A stretch of 64,000 nt of DNA, taken from Geosiphon pyriformis uo1. Taxonomy: Eukaryota; Fungi; Glomeromycota. Location of the stretch: positions 314,373 to 378,372 of the forward strand of contig JAAOMT010000003.1 in the NCBI GenBank assembly GCA_016748015.1. The letters are read 5' to 3'. The notes under the pieces are model-generated. The model searched no databases. It saw only the letters and a program-made list of their open reading frames with translations, and was not told where the DNA came from. Made by a program: the position numbers and the translations under genes. Positions 40,444-53,039 of this stretch are shown piece after piece (the first letter of the stretch is position 1; each line of letters starts with the position of its first letter).

Positions 40444-41169
40444 NNNNNNNNNNNNNNNNNNNNNNNNNNNNNNNNNNNNNNNNNNNNNNNNNNNNNNNNN
40501 NNNNNNNNNNNNNNNNNNNNNNNNNNNNNNNNNNNNNNNNNNNNNNNNNNNNNNNNNNNNNNNNNNNNNNNNNNNNNNNNNNNNNNNNNNNNNNNNNNNN
40601 NNNNNNNNNNNNNNNNNNNNNNNNNNNNNNNNNNNNNNNNNNNNNNNNNNNNNNNNNNNNNNNNNNNNNNNNNNNNNNNNNNNNNNNNNNNNNNNNNNNN
40701 NNNNNNNNNNNNNNNNNNNNNNNNNNNNNNNNNNNNNNNNNNNNNNNNNNNNNNNNNNNNNNNNNNNNNNNNNNNNNNNNNNNNNNNNNNNNNNNNNNNN
40801 NNNNNNNNNNNNNNNNNNNNNNNNNNNNNNNNNNNNNNNNNNNNNNNNNNNNNNNNNNNNNNNNNNNNNNNNNNNNNNNNNNNNNNNNNNNNNNNNNNNN
40901 NNNNNNNNNNNNNNNNNNNNNNNNNNNNNNNNNNNNNNNNNNNNNNNNNNNNNNNNNNNNNNNNNNNNNNNNNNNNNNNNNNNNNNNNNNNNNNNNNNNN
41001 NNNNNNNNNNNNNNNNNNNNNNNNNNNNNNNTCCAATATATTGGCAAACTCACAGAACTGAAATTTCAACAATTTTCAGACCAGATTACTTCAATTATTT
41101 TAGATCACTATCTCAATATTACAGATAGTGCTTGGACTTCGACGGAGCTCAGTCTTGAGGAGGAGATTA

Positions 41170-42162
41170 TGTTACCAGTAGAATTTTAGCTATTAATTAG
41201 CATGAAATTACCCTTATAATTCTTATAATTCATTAGTATATTAATATCATTTCAAATTATCATTTATTATTTAATCAATTATCACATATCACGATTCAAT
41301 TAAAATAATCTAATTAGTATAACAAAAAGTAGGATGATCAAATTACACAATACTCTGAACTTTGTAACATTCAAAAATTTGCCGAAATTTACAGAAATTC
41401 ACCGAAATTTACAAAAATTTGCCAAAATTATGAATAGTTTACCCAAATTAATCAATAGTTCAGTGAAATAATTTGTAGTTTATCAAAATGTATCTTTAGT
41501 TCACCGAAAATTGAGCAAAAAGAAAAAGTGCAAGTTCATAGACTAGTACTATAACAAGTTGTATAAAAGAAGAGCTTTTCTCTTCTGGAAAATGTATCTT
41601 ACTTTAGATTTATCTCTCAAAACTGTTCCTATACACACAAAAAGAAATAAATATCAAATAATTCGAAAAAACCAAATTTTTTAAACTATTGCACTTGAAA
41701 AATTCTCAAAACCCAACTAATGTTTTGAAATTGATTAGCTACCAATTTCAGTAAACTGTTAGTGATTCCAGGCCTGGATAAAAAACGTTTCTCTTAACAA
41801 AATTCTATTTCTTTTACATTTCTTTTATTTTTCTTTTCTTTTCTTATTACAATTATTAGAGTAGCCTACAGACAAGATTTCTGTAGAAGAGTTGACTTTT
41901 ACAGCAAAGTAACTATACATTTTAGTAAGCTTCTAGACGAGCAATTCCTGGGAAAGAGTTGATGTTTATTACAATGTAATTACATAAAGTAGCTAACACA
42001 AAATTAGCCATTCCACTTATAAGTCCAGCAAGTTCAAATTATAGAAGATAATTTGAAAATAAATTCAGTTATTGAAGGTTCAACTACTTCCTGAGAACGT
42101 GAATTCACAGCAAATCAACATTACCAACATTTAAGAAAAGAGACCAAAAACCTCCAGTAACA
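41170..42162 (+). repeat. Gypsy-2 3' LTR (993 bp)
   Basis: TGTTACCAG...CCAGTAACA, preceded by the PPT. Confidence 0.94.
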
Positions 42163-44571
42163 CTGAAAAAGCATTATCCCTTACATAATCCAATGGAACA
42201 TACTGACAAGCCCAGACATCAGACACAACTGAAGGCACCATCCTCTTTCTAGTCCAGCCTTTCATGATTTTATTAACACCAAGTTTTACTAAACCTGGCT
42301 CTAATACCAATTTATCATTAACAACTAAATAATCAAGAACTACCTTATGGAAAGGCTGATCCAACACACTTCTAATCATTGCACCCTTATCAGAACAAAA
42401 TTTTTCCATGCAGTATTCAATGGTCTTCTGAACAAAAGCTTTTTCAGCCAACTTTAATTTGTATATCTTGGATTTCCTGTATTTCTTCCGAAATAATAAC
42501 AATTGTTTTAAGACATCCAAAGACTTGCTACCAACCTGAATCATATTAGCAATTATGACAGCCTTATCACCATCCAGTTTGGTCCAGACATTGATAAGCT
42601 GATTGACTCTTCACAAATTGCCCAATTCCAGCTCTTTAACAACTTTAACAACTAACAGTTCTAACCTGAAAAACTTAGAAGAGAATTTGTTCCTGGAACA
42701 CTGAAACTTACTGAACCAATGTCTCAAAAATATCTCATCTGCTGAATCCACCAATACTTTTTCCAAAAGTACCCACATGCCATCTATATCAGCACAAGCC
42801 AGAGTGTCTGAAAACTCATCAAACACAGCCAAAAGCTTGGCAGAAGTGCAGTCCCTAAACCAAGACCATTTGGTTCCATCAGCAGTCTTAATAAGAAACT
42901 TCCAGTGATCCTTGTTAGTCTGTTTGTGCAAGCTATTCAACTGGCCGTCCAAGAGGCCACCCAAACCAACAGAGACAGAAACCGCACAATGATCAGTGTT
43001 AAAAAAGTCAGAAACAGAGCTAACCCCATAGCCAGCAACAGCAAAAGCCAAACTCTTACTAATAAAAATGAAATCAATAGTCTTTTCAACCCCCCTAGAG
43101 TTGTTCTATATAAAAGTACTGACCAAAGGGTGGCCAGCAAATGAATTGACCAAACCCAACCCCAAACAGAATTTGAAACTTGCACTTCTTCCAGATCTAT
43201 TTTCATTGAAATCCCCACCCAAAATAACAAAACAGCTGGAGTTAACAGCCTTAGCAATGACAAAGTTCACTTCAAAAGCCTAACCAAAACAAGTTCCAGA
43301 AGATGCACTTGCATACAAACCAACAACAGACACCAAAAGCTTATCCTTAAATAAGAGATGCACTATCATGACATGACCAGGAATCTCCTCAATCTTAGCA
43401 ACATGACAGGCCAAGGAGTCGGCCATAATAATAGCCACCTCAGCACCAAGAAAACTTTTATCCAAACCCGAAAAGAAAATTTACATACTGTCAAATTTAT
43501 TCGCAATCCACGGCCTAATTAAAGACCTTAACTTTGTCTCTGTGATGATCGAAATCAAATTTCCAGAATCAAAATGCCAGTACATAACATTCTCTTGTTT
43601 AGCAGAAATGTTGATATCATGAATGTTACATGTAGCCACCTTCCAAACCAAGTCACTCATTGGAACAAAAAAGCCAAAAATGAACCCAAACCAGAACACA
43701 AGAGATCTAACTTTACCAGAATTGAACTGAATGAAGCCTCTAGAGCAGACATCTTAGATTCCAAACCATCCACCTTGGAAATAAAAACTTTTGAACCACT
43801 TGAACTGAGAACAGTAGCAGACTCACTACTACCAGAAAAGGGAGGATTAGCCAAAGCCAACACATTATCCAGAGCCATATCTGAATCCACAACTAGAGCC
43901 AAAGGCACAGAAACAGCCAAAGAAGGAGCACAAGAAGGAGCCGCCAATGGCACCAGTTCAATAAAACTCAATTTTTTAAGAATAACAGAAACTTGATCTG
44001 AAAGAATCTCCAAAGAGCACTCTAATACTGCCAAACAATCATTTAGACCAACAACCTAATGACTAGAGGGGCCCACAATAGGAGACATGCCATTAGAAAA
44101 CAAACCAGAACTGGAAGGAGAGCCACCAGAAGAGAAGACACTAGACACCACTTGAGCCCATAATTTGCCACCAAAGACAGTAGGGCAAGAGATGGAAACA
44201 TTTTTTTTGGCATACAATCTTGCCAGCTGAAGACAATTCACACCAAAAGAAGGTCTTTTCAACAATTCAGAAGATATAAGAGGTAGAATATTAGAGACAT
44301 TACACTTTAGAATCAAATGACCAAAATGCTCACACTTCTCACACTGAACCAAATCTAACCTAGCCCAAAAAAAATGAACACCACTGAAAATAGACTCAAT
44401 GAGAAAAGCAGATTCCAACTCCTCATCAGATTCAAAACCAACCACAGCACAATGAAACCTATTGCCAGTTTCCAATGAACAATTGATGATACAAGTTTTT
44501 TCTCCAGCCTTTTCCAAAAGGGTACCAAGATGATGTGCAGTCATTCCCATTGACAAAGTAAACAACAGTGC

Positions 44572-45487
44572 TGTTACTCATAGAATATAGGAAATATAGT
44601 ATTATTATTATTAGTCAGTAGATATTAACCAAGGGGATGTAGATGTAGTAAATATGGAATTCCAAGATTCCTCTCAGAGGAATTGCAAGATTTCAGGAAT
44701 TTCAGAATTCTCCGACAAGGAATTGCAGGATTCCTCTTATCAAGAATTGCAGGATTCCAGGAATTCCAGGATTCCTATTGCAAGGAATTGAAGAATTGAG
44801 AAATCTCAAATATTTATATATAGCAGTAGCATTAGAAGCAGAAAAAACAGAATCAACACCAAGAATCTTTAGCTTAATTACCACAATCTTCAAATAAATA
44901 ATTATTCACTATATCAAATTCATTCTTCACTATCAACACTTTATGTTGATAGTAACTAATCCTTAACCATACTAGAACAATAGCTCTTGATCATGACTAT
45001 TAACGGAATACTAACTTGCAAATTGCCTTGGCTTATTTCTTATTTTCTCTTTTATTTTTCTTTATTTTCTTTGTTGTCTACTAACTTGATTAAAAAATCT
45101 ACTCTTGGAAGACTCACAGAGGAATAAAACTTACTTAAAAATACTTATTTTTGGAGGACTTATGGAGAAATAAACTTGCTTAAACAACACTTACTCTTGG
45201 AGGACTTATGGAGGAACTGACATCAGGAAACCACACTAGTATACACTTACAGAAGATATCATACCAGAAGGATCATCAACCATCAAGCTGAGCAAGCAAT
45301 CGACAAAACTATGGTTTCAGAAAACTACTGATAAACTGTTATTATTGAATCTCTGTCTATTATACAAAAAACTCAATTGGAAAATCTTCAGATAAAATAC
45401 CTTCAGATTATCATTGTTACCAATTGCCTTGAGCACCAAGTTATGGGTTTGTTATTCACTCAACACCCCAAAGAATTACTTGTAATA
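44572..45487 (+). repeat. Gypsy-3 5' LTR
   Basis: Direct repeat of 50176-51076; GGAATTCCA array, TATA box and ~45-bp repeats. Confidence 0.94.
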
Positions 45488-45489
45488 TT

Positions 45490-45505
45490 TGGTGCTCTCT
45501 GTGAG
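45490..45505 (+). promoter_or_regulatory. Gypsy-3 primer-binding site TGGTGCTCTCTGTGAG
   Basis: Starts with TGG 2 nt after the LTR. Complementary to a tRNA 3' end CUCACAGAGAGCACCA, of the kind seen in elongator Met or Ile(UAU) tRNAs; the exact tRNA is not determined. Confidence 0.85.
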
Positions 45506-48095
45506 ATATAATCCTACAGAGAACCAGCATCAACACAAATCCAAATATGGCAGAATCAGAAATTATAGGAGCCAACCACTTAAGATTTGCAAAATCCTTG
45601 TTTCAACAATACAGCCAACTATTAGGATTAAACAATAATCACTACCCTGCCAAATCAGCCTTCAATTATTACATCAACAATAAAATCACAGACTATTTAG
45701 GAGGAACAGTTAATATTGAATCAGCAAGAGAAAATTTTTATACGGAATTATTTTAACACACCAGCTTACCAAGAAATCACAGTTTTATCCCAATTATCAG
45801 AAAAATTAATCAAACCATTGAAAAATACATGCAACAACAATTTCTCATTACCTATGCAGACAAAGCTAAAGGAAGAATACAAACATCAGCAGCAACACCA
45901 AAAGAAATACAGTTATCTAGTTGGAAGAAACACAGAGTAGAATCACCAACCACTTTATCATATCACTACACACCTGAAAGCACCATCAACATTTCATCAG
46001 CAGATGCGTCCACCTCAAACATGACATCAACATTTGGAAGATTTCAGTTCCAAAGCAAACAATGGAAAGAAGACTTACTAGGATCATATGGAGCATATTT
46101 TGAAGGATTTAAATCATGATCCCCAATGCCATCAGAAATTTGATCACCAATATTCCAACCAGATTTCGGAGCTGCTACTCTGTGGGAATTATCAGAGAAA
46201 AAAGAGAAAGGAAGTGAGGATCAAGGATTCATCTACCAAAACCCAATCTCAGAAAACTCGGAATTCAAAACCCTGAATTTTTAAATCCTAATAAACCCAA
46301 ATTTAGAAAATCCGGAAAACACAACTCTGAATATTCAAACACCACAAAACCCTGAACAAATTAATTAGAATAACTTACCTCCAAATATTGTCATTGATCA
46401 ACCACCAATTGATCCAATAGCCAAACCTATACACCAACCCATCCAACAGCCACATCAACCAAATCAACTGCTCTTTCAGCAACCTGCCCAACAGCTGCTT
46501 CAACCACTGCCACAACAACTTCAACAACCTGTGCAGCAACAAATGGCATATACACCTATAGCTAAACTTGAAAATTTATTGGCAACAAAGATGACACACA
46601 AACATGGATAAACGACATTGCCAAAACAATTGTCACCAATAATTGGGACAATGCCAGAGCTCTTCAAGCGATCTCTTATTTTCTCCAAAATACCGCAGAT
46701 GCATGGTATCAGAGTTTAGTCGTCCTACCACAGACATTTCAGCAGTTTAAAACCAAGTTTCTGAGATATTTTAGCAATAATAATAGCATTAACAGATTAG
46801 CCAACATCTTCAACACCATCAAACAAGAAGACACTGAAACAGTCACCACTTATCTAAGACGCTTTCATAAAAATCTGCATCAGATTTAGGCCATTGAAGC
46901 TAACTACTTCACAGCACCACAAATTTTAAATTAGTTTATCAGAGGATTGTGTAGCAGCATCCTTCAATGGATACATCTAATGCACCCAGCTGACCTACCA
47001 ACCACAGTCACACATGCTAGAGATTTTGAAGCTGCAGAACTTGAGGCTAACCACGCCCAAGCCATCAACCTAGTGATAAATGGATCATCTGAATTGGACT
47101 CCAAATTAAAACAATTCAGTGATTCAATTAATCAGAAATTGGAAGAATACTTAGCTGACAATTATGCAATTTATCAACCGTTTCAATGACACAGCAATTT
47201 AGGAAACTATAATCATTCCCAAAATCAAGTGCATTCCTCAACATTGGCCAATCAGCAGTGGCAGCCAGAGATGCATGTCTGTCACAACTGTGGTAAACAA
47301 GGGCACATCAGAGCAAACTGCAACGCTTATAACCATCTGTGATCAGGAAATCAATATAGAAACTCCGATTGCCAATTTCAAACTCCAAGATATCAACAAA
47401 ATCAGAAACAATATCAACCCACTTATCTGCCAGTGATGCAGCCAATGTATCAAATGCCTACACCAGTATATCAAACCCTGATTTATCAACCACAGCCACA
47501 AGTAATATATCAACCGCAGTCACAAATCATCTATCAATCCCAACCAATTCAAACACTGCTCCAGAACTCAGCTCAAATGACATCAGGCAACTCCCAATCC
47601 AGAGTTACTCAAAACTAGAGATCAGCGATGGTTGTTTACCAACTGATCCCCAGTTTATTAAACTCACAATCAGGATCACACCCAAAACCCAAATTCCCAA
47701 CACTATTTAAGTCTCTTGGTTACCCCAAAAGATGCCACATCCAGTAGTATATGCCAGTAGAGGTTTAATACCAGCTGAAAAGAACTATGGAACACCAGAA
47801 CAAGAACACTTAGTGATATACTGGGCAGTCATGAAATGAAAAGAATACTTGAGCCAGAAGTTTGAAGTATACACAGATTACAAAGGATTAACATCACTTC
47901 AAAAACAAGAATTTGGAGATAGAAGACAGTCAAGATAGAAAATAGCACTTGCACCATATAATTATACTATACATTATAAAAAGGGAAAAGACAATAGAAA
48001 TACTGATGGTTTGTCACGAATAAGACAAATCTAAAAACATTTCAACCCAAAAATATAACAAAGCCAGAACAATACCAATGAAAAATATAACAAAA

Positions 48096-49478
48096 GATGA
48101 ACATACAAAAATATCAACAACTGCAACATTATATAAACACTCAACAGTTCAAGAAGAATTTATCTTAAATGGAACAAAAGAGTATCAAACAACAATCAAA
48201 ATATTTTATCACTTACCAAAATATACTTTATCAAAAAAATAGAAGAGATCTAGAGCAACCAACCAGAGTAATTACAGAGCCAGAAAAAGAGACAATATTA
48301 TTCAACATGCATTCAAATCCAACAGCAGGACACTTTTACAAAGAAGCAACCATAAAAAGAACCAGAAAAAGATACTATTGACTATCAATATATCCAGACA
48401 TCATCTAATATGTTCAAAATTGTGATGCTTGTCAGCAAAGAGGAGGTACAAAACCCAGTGAACTATTAAGACCAATCAAAGTGGGACAACTATTTGACTG
48501 TATTGGAATTGATTTAATTGGATTATTAATAATCACCAGCAGAGGAAACAGATACATAGCAGTAGCCATGGACTATCTCACTAAATGGCCAGAGGTAAAA
48601 GCAATTCAAAAAGTGGATGCAGAATCCATTGCCAAATTCGTTCATCAGGATTTGATTTGTCAACATGGATGTTCAAAAGAATTATTATCAGACCAAGGAA
48701 CTCATTTTGTGAACAGAACATTAACAGAATTGAGCCAAAAATTCGGAATTAAGAAACCACTATTATCATCATACCATCTACAAACCAACAGACTAGTCGA
48801 AAAATTCAACAGAACATTGTGTGAGACAATAGCTAAGCTCAGCCAAGAAAACCAGAACAATTGAAATTTGTTGATACTATTAGTACTATTTGCTTATCGG
48901 ACAATGAAGCAAAATACTACACAAGCAACACTATTTGAATTAGTATATGGTAAAACAGCAACACTACCAGTAGAAATAGAAGTCAGCACATACCCAACTG
49001 AACCAATAACAAAAGAGAATTTCAAAAACACATTGTTGAAAAGAACATATGACTTAATAGAAACATTAGAAAACAAACAATGAAGAGCAGCTAATAACAT
49101 ACAAAGGTTACAAGAGAAACAAAAAGAAAGACATGATAACCATCTACCAAATAAACCAGTTGAACTCAAGATTGGAGACAAAGTACTATTACATTGTACC
49201 AAAGTGGAAAAACAATGGAGTGGAAAATTTGACCCCAAATGGGACGGACCATTTCACATAGAAGAAATTTTAGGAAATGAAGCTTACAAATTAAGATTGA
49301 ATAACAAAATCTTGACCAAAGCAGTACATGAGAATCAACTGAAACCATACCACCATATAGCATTATCATCTACCAGTAATATTTCACAATTAGAAGTACA
49401 GAAAATACTGGTCCAATCAGATGAAATTCCATGAGATCTGGAACCAATCATTATCATTGACAACAACATGTCTAATTA
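48096..49478 (+). pseudogene. Gypsy-3 integrase (own ATG, MNIQKYQQ...), disrupted
   Basis: H2C2, IGIDLIG, SDQGTHF, YHLQTNRLVE, KWDGPF. Confidence 0.9.
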
Positions 49479-49502
49479 ATCAACAAAAGAATATATAAGA
49501 AC

Positions 49503-50156
49503 ATGGTCGATGCGACAGAAGAGATCAAGAAAATGGAAATTACAGACAATATCCATTCACTAGCCCAACAAATTTTTCAATTAATCCAACACCAGAAGAT
49601 GAAAATTACAATCAATCAACAAACCATTCGTTACAAAAATATGGCAAAAATACCACAAAACAAAGCACAAAAAAGACTTGAAAATGTTGTTAACAAGATC
49701 ATGACCAAGATAAAATTGGCCATAAAAGAACAACAAATAGTCAGATTACACCAAGAATTTACCAGAGAAACTTGGACTTGGTGAACACAACAATTTCCAA
49801 AAAATTATTGTTATTTTTACTTGGGACAACACGTGAATATTCAGAACTTATATACAGATAAAACAAAATGGTTATTCGACACAACAATACTACAACAACT
49901 AGAACATTTTGTGAGGAAAAACAACTTATCCACACAAGCTCAAGCTATATACTGAATATACACAGCATTTCAGGATCGACCAGAAATCTTACTTAACAAA
50001 ACAATAGATATGGTTATCAGTAATCAATTGGAAAAAATCATCAATGCTCAATTTAAAGAATTACAAACTCAAATAACACAAGTAATTCTCAAAAACAAAA
50101 TTCAGGAAATACTTCAAGAGGGAGAATTAAAGGAATTAAATTTCAATAGAGCTTAA
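49503..50156 (+). pseudogene. Gypsy-3 ORF3 (env position, ~200 aa, unknown function) with two TGA stops attributable to CGA>TGA
   Basis: ORF 49503-49784 continues in frame to a TAA at 50156; homologous to Gypsy-1 15725-16321. Confidence 0.75.
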
Positions 50157-50175
50157 TATTAAAAGGAGGGAATAA

Positions 50176-51076
50176 TGTTACTCATAGAATATAGAAAATA
50201 TAGTATTATTATTATTAGTTAGTAGATATTAACCAAGGGGATATAGACATAGTAAATATGGAATTCCAAGATTCCTCTTAGAGGAATTGCAGGATTCCAG
50301 GAATTTCAGAATTCTTTAACAAGAAATTGCAGGATTCCAGAATTCCAGAATTCCTCTTATCAGGAATTGCAGGATTCCAGGAATTCCAGAATTCCTGTTG
50401 CAAGGAATTGAGGAATTAAGGAATCTCAAATATGTATATATAGCAGTAGTATTAGAAACAAAAAAAACAGAATCAACACCAAGAATTCTTAGCTTAGTTA
50501 CTACAATCCTCAAATAAATAATTATTCACTATATCAAATTTATTCTTCACTATTAACACTTTATGTTGATAGTAACTGATCCTTAATCATACTGGAACAA
50601 TAGCTCTTAATCACAGCTATTGATGGGATACTAACTTGCAAATTGCCTTGGCTTATTTTTTATTTTTTATTTTATCTTTCTTTATTTTCTTTGTTGTCTA
50701 CTAACTTGATTAAAGGATCTACTCTTAGAGGACTCATGGAGGAATAAATTTGCTTAAACAACACTTACTCTTAGAGGACTTACGGAGAAACTGACATTAG
50801 AAAACCACACTGGTATAAACTTACAAAAGATATTGTACCAGAAGAATCATCAACCATCAAGCTAAGCAAGCAATCAGCAAAACTACGATGCCAAAAAACT
50901 ACTGATAAACTGTTACTATTGAATCTCTGTCTATTATACAAAGAATTCAATTGGAAAACCTTCAGATAAAATACTTTCAGATAAAATACTTTCAGATTAT
51001 TATTGTCACCAATTGCCTTGAGCACCAAGTTATGAGTTTGTTATTCACTCAACACCCCAAAGAATCACTTGTAACA
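50176..51076 (+). repeat. Gypsy-3 3' LTR
   Basis: TGTTAC...TGTAACA; direct repeat of the 5' LTR. Confidence 0.94.
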
Positions 51077-53039
51077 ACACCCTAAACCGATCTTTTGATG
51101 CTCAAACATTGCAATTCCCCACAGCTTTGGCAACACATACTGAATCTTTCCCAATCAGGAATGACCATTTTGATGCCAGCAGATTGGCTTGACTTGATTC
51201 GGCAAACTCTATCACAGCCTTTTGCCACATTCTGATTAATTGAATTCTGATTGACTTAATTTCACCAAACTCGGCGACTGCGGCGACAATCATATCCTTA
51301 GACATGTTCATGCGAATTTCTTTGATCACCACAGCCTGATCTAAATGCACTTCTTGTTTTTTGAGATCGGTGTTTATGACGATCTTATTTTCCCTGGCCA
51401 ATAATGTGGTCATTTCCATGCTTTTTTCTGATGTAAACGTTAATCTGATGATTCCTTCAAATTTTGAGGGAGTAGTGGCCCCCCCAAAACCATTGATTGT
51501 TGAGAAAATTTTTCTAATTAACTGAGTCTTAGCCATTGCCAAATCATCCTCCACAGCTGAGAGACTAATATCCAAAGCAAATGACTTTTTAACTGATACT
51601 TCCACAGGAGTCTTGATAATTTTAGGGTCAATCTATTTCTTCTTTAAAGAGATAGGCAAGCAAGGAGGGAGCACAACTTCATTATCATCCATATGAAAAT
51701 TAGGAGAGCCAAGCAGAGAACCAAAACCAGTATCAGTGTTGACTCACTTTGCCTTGGGTGTAGTAGCCGCTGAACCCAAAAGAAACCCATCATTTGTCCC
51801 AGACATGCTAACATTCTCATCCTCACCAGAGAGACTTTCCACATCAGAATACACACTACCACTAGATCCAGCTTTGCTCAAGGATATATCTTTTTCATCA
51901 CCAAAATGTTTCACATTACCAAGAACAATCTTTTTCTTCTGAGAAAAGAAGCCACCAGTAGGACCTTGAAAAGCACTCTTAGGAGCCTTTTTCTTAGGTG
52001 CAGTGCTACTAGCAGTAGCTTTCATATTTACAAAAAATAGGTTGCTATTAAGTAAAGAAATATTGATATAGACTAAAAAAACAAAAAACTTCTTTTTCCA
52101 GAAAATGCACTTTTTGGAGATTTGTAGAGGTAAGAGAGAAAGAAGTTTTTTGTTTTTTAAAATTATTTGTAATAAAAATTTATATATAAGTTAAATTAAG
52201 ATAAAAAGTTATTTTAATATATTTAATAATAATATAATAAATAAACTAATTAATACAGCTGTTTTTTATAAACAATTATTGTTATTAAAAATTTTAAAAA
52301 CTTTTTTATAAAATTGTTTTAATTTAGCAGTTTTTAAAAATGTTTATTATTTTATTTATTATATATATAACTTTGTTAATTATATTTATTAAAAAATTAA
52401 ATATATTAAAAAAGTTTTAAATAAAAACTTATTAAATAATATTAATTAGGATTATATGATTTCAGTTTAATATTTTAATTTGTATTTTAAATTAAACTTT
52501 ACTAATATTAAATTAATTAATTTAAAAATTTATATTATAAAATTTTTGTATTGTAAATTACTAAAAAAAAATACAATATTAATTATTCAAATATTATTTG
52601 TATAAAATATAAAAAAATAAAAAATTCAAATTATGTATTTGTTTGTTTTATTAATACAAAAGCTAGATTAAATATTATTTTTAAATTTTGGTTAATTTGA
52701 ATTTCTTAGTTAAGCTTGTTTTTAAGTAAGTTAATAATTTTATAAGATTTTTACTTCTTATTATTAAATAATTGTTTAAATAATTGTTTAAATAATTCTA
52801 ATATTATAAATTATATATATATAACTTTAATTAAGAAGTTTGTTTTTTATAAGTAATATTCAAAAGTTTAAATTTGTCAAACTTGTTGTTATTAAGATTA
52901 TAAATTTTGTGTTTTTTTTTGATTATATTTAAAGATAATATTTACTTATTAATGTTATAATTAAAAACTAAATACAAAAAGTCAAATTGTAAATACTAAG
53001 TTTGTGTTATTAATAGTGTAATGTTAAATAATTTGCTTA

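Larger units (their letters stand above)
32766..42162 (+). mobile_element. Ty3/gypsy LTR retrotransposon (Gypsy-2, second family), with four assembly gaps
   Basis: LTRs at 32766-(gap 33553) and 41170-42162 (TGTTAC...GTAACA), PPT GAGGAGGAGA. Gag, protease LILDSGSAG, Cys-rich region, dUTPase, RT with intact YLDD (38715-38726), RNase H, integrase, ORF3 tail. Flanks are CCAA and CTGA. Confidence 0.94.
44572..51076 (+). mobile_element. Ty3/gypsy LTR retrotransposon (Gypsy-3, same lineage as Gypsy-1), internally deleted and non-autonomous
   Basis: LTRs 44572-45487 and 50176-51076, PBS, PPT AAAAGGAGGGAA. Gag 45547-~47740 is joined directly to the RNase H C-terminal part; then integrase and ORF3. 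Flanks are GTGC and ACAC. Confidence 0.94.
29462..52145 (-). mobile_element. Full-length non-LTR retrotransposon (LINE-D, family alpha), about 6.8 kb once the two nested gypsy elements are removed
   Basis: T-run tail at 29462-29473. ORF2 pieces 29601-32765 and 42163-43660 (RNase H VFTDGSV..AKLQAITLALE..WVKIKRHSG..GN; RT DQGEVFLPLLW, AFVNDTIW; APE WKVATCNI, ETKL, GGDFNE, TDH). ORF1 pieces 43657-44571 and 51077-52025. 5' UTR like LINE-B. Confidence 0.94.

Noticed and set aside
40356-41189. Long ORFs in the ORF track
   Set aside because: They are mostly X residues from the 588-N gap. Only the flanking residues (integrase tail and ORF3 tail) are informative.
7215-51076. All four LTR insertions share the plus orientation
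   Set aside because: With four events this has a 1-in-8 chance of occurring at random, and the host LINEs are in both orientations.
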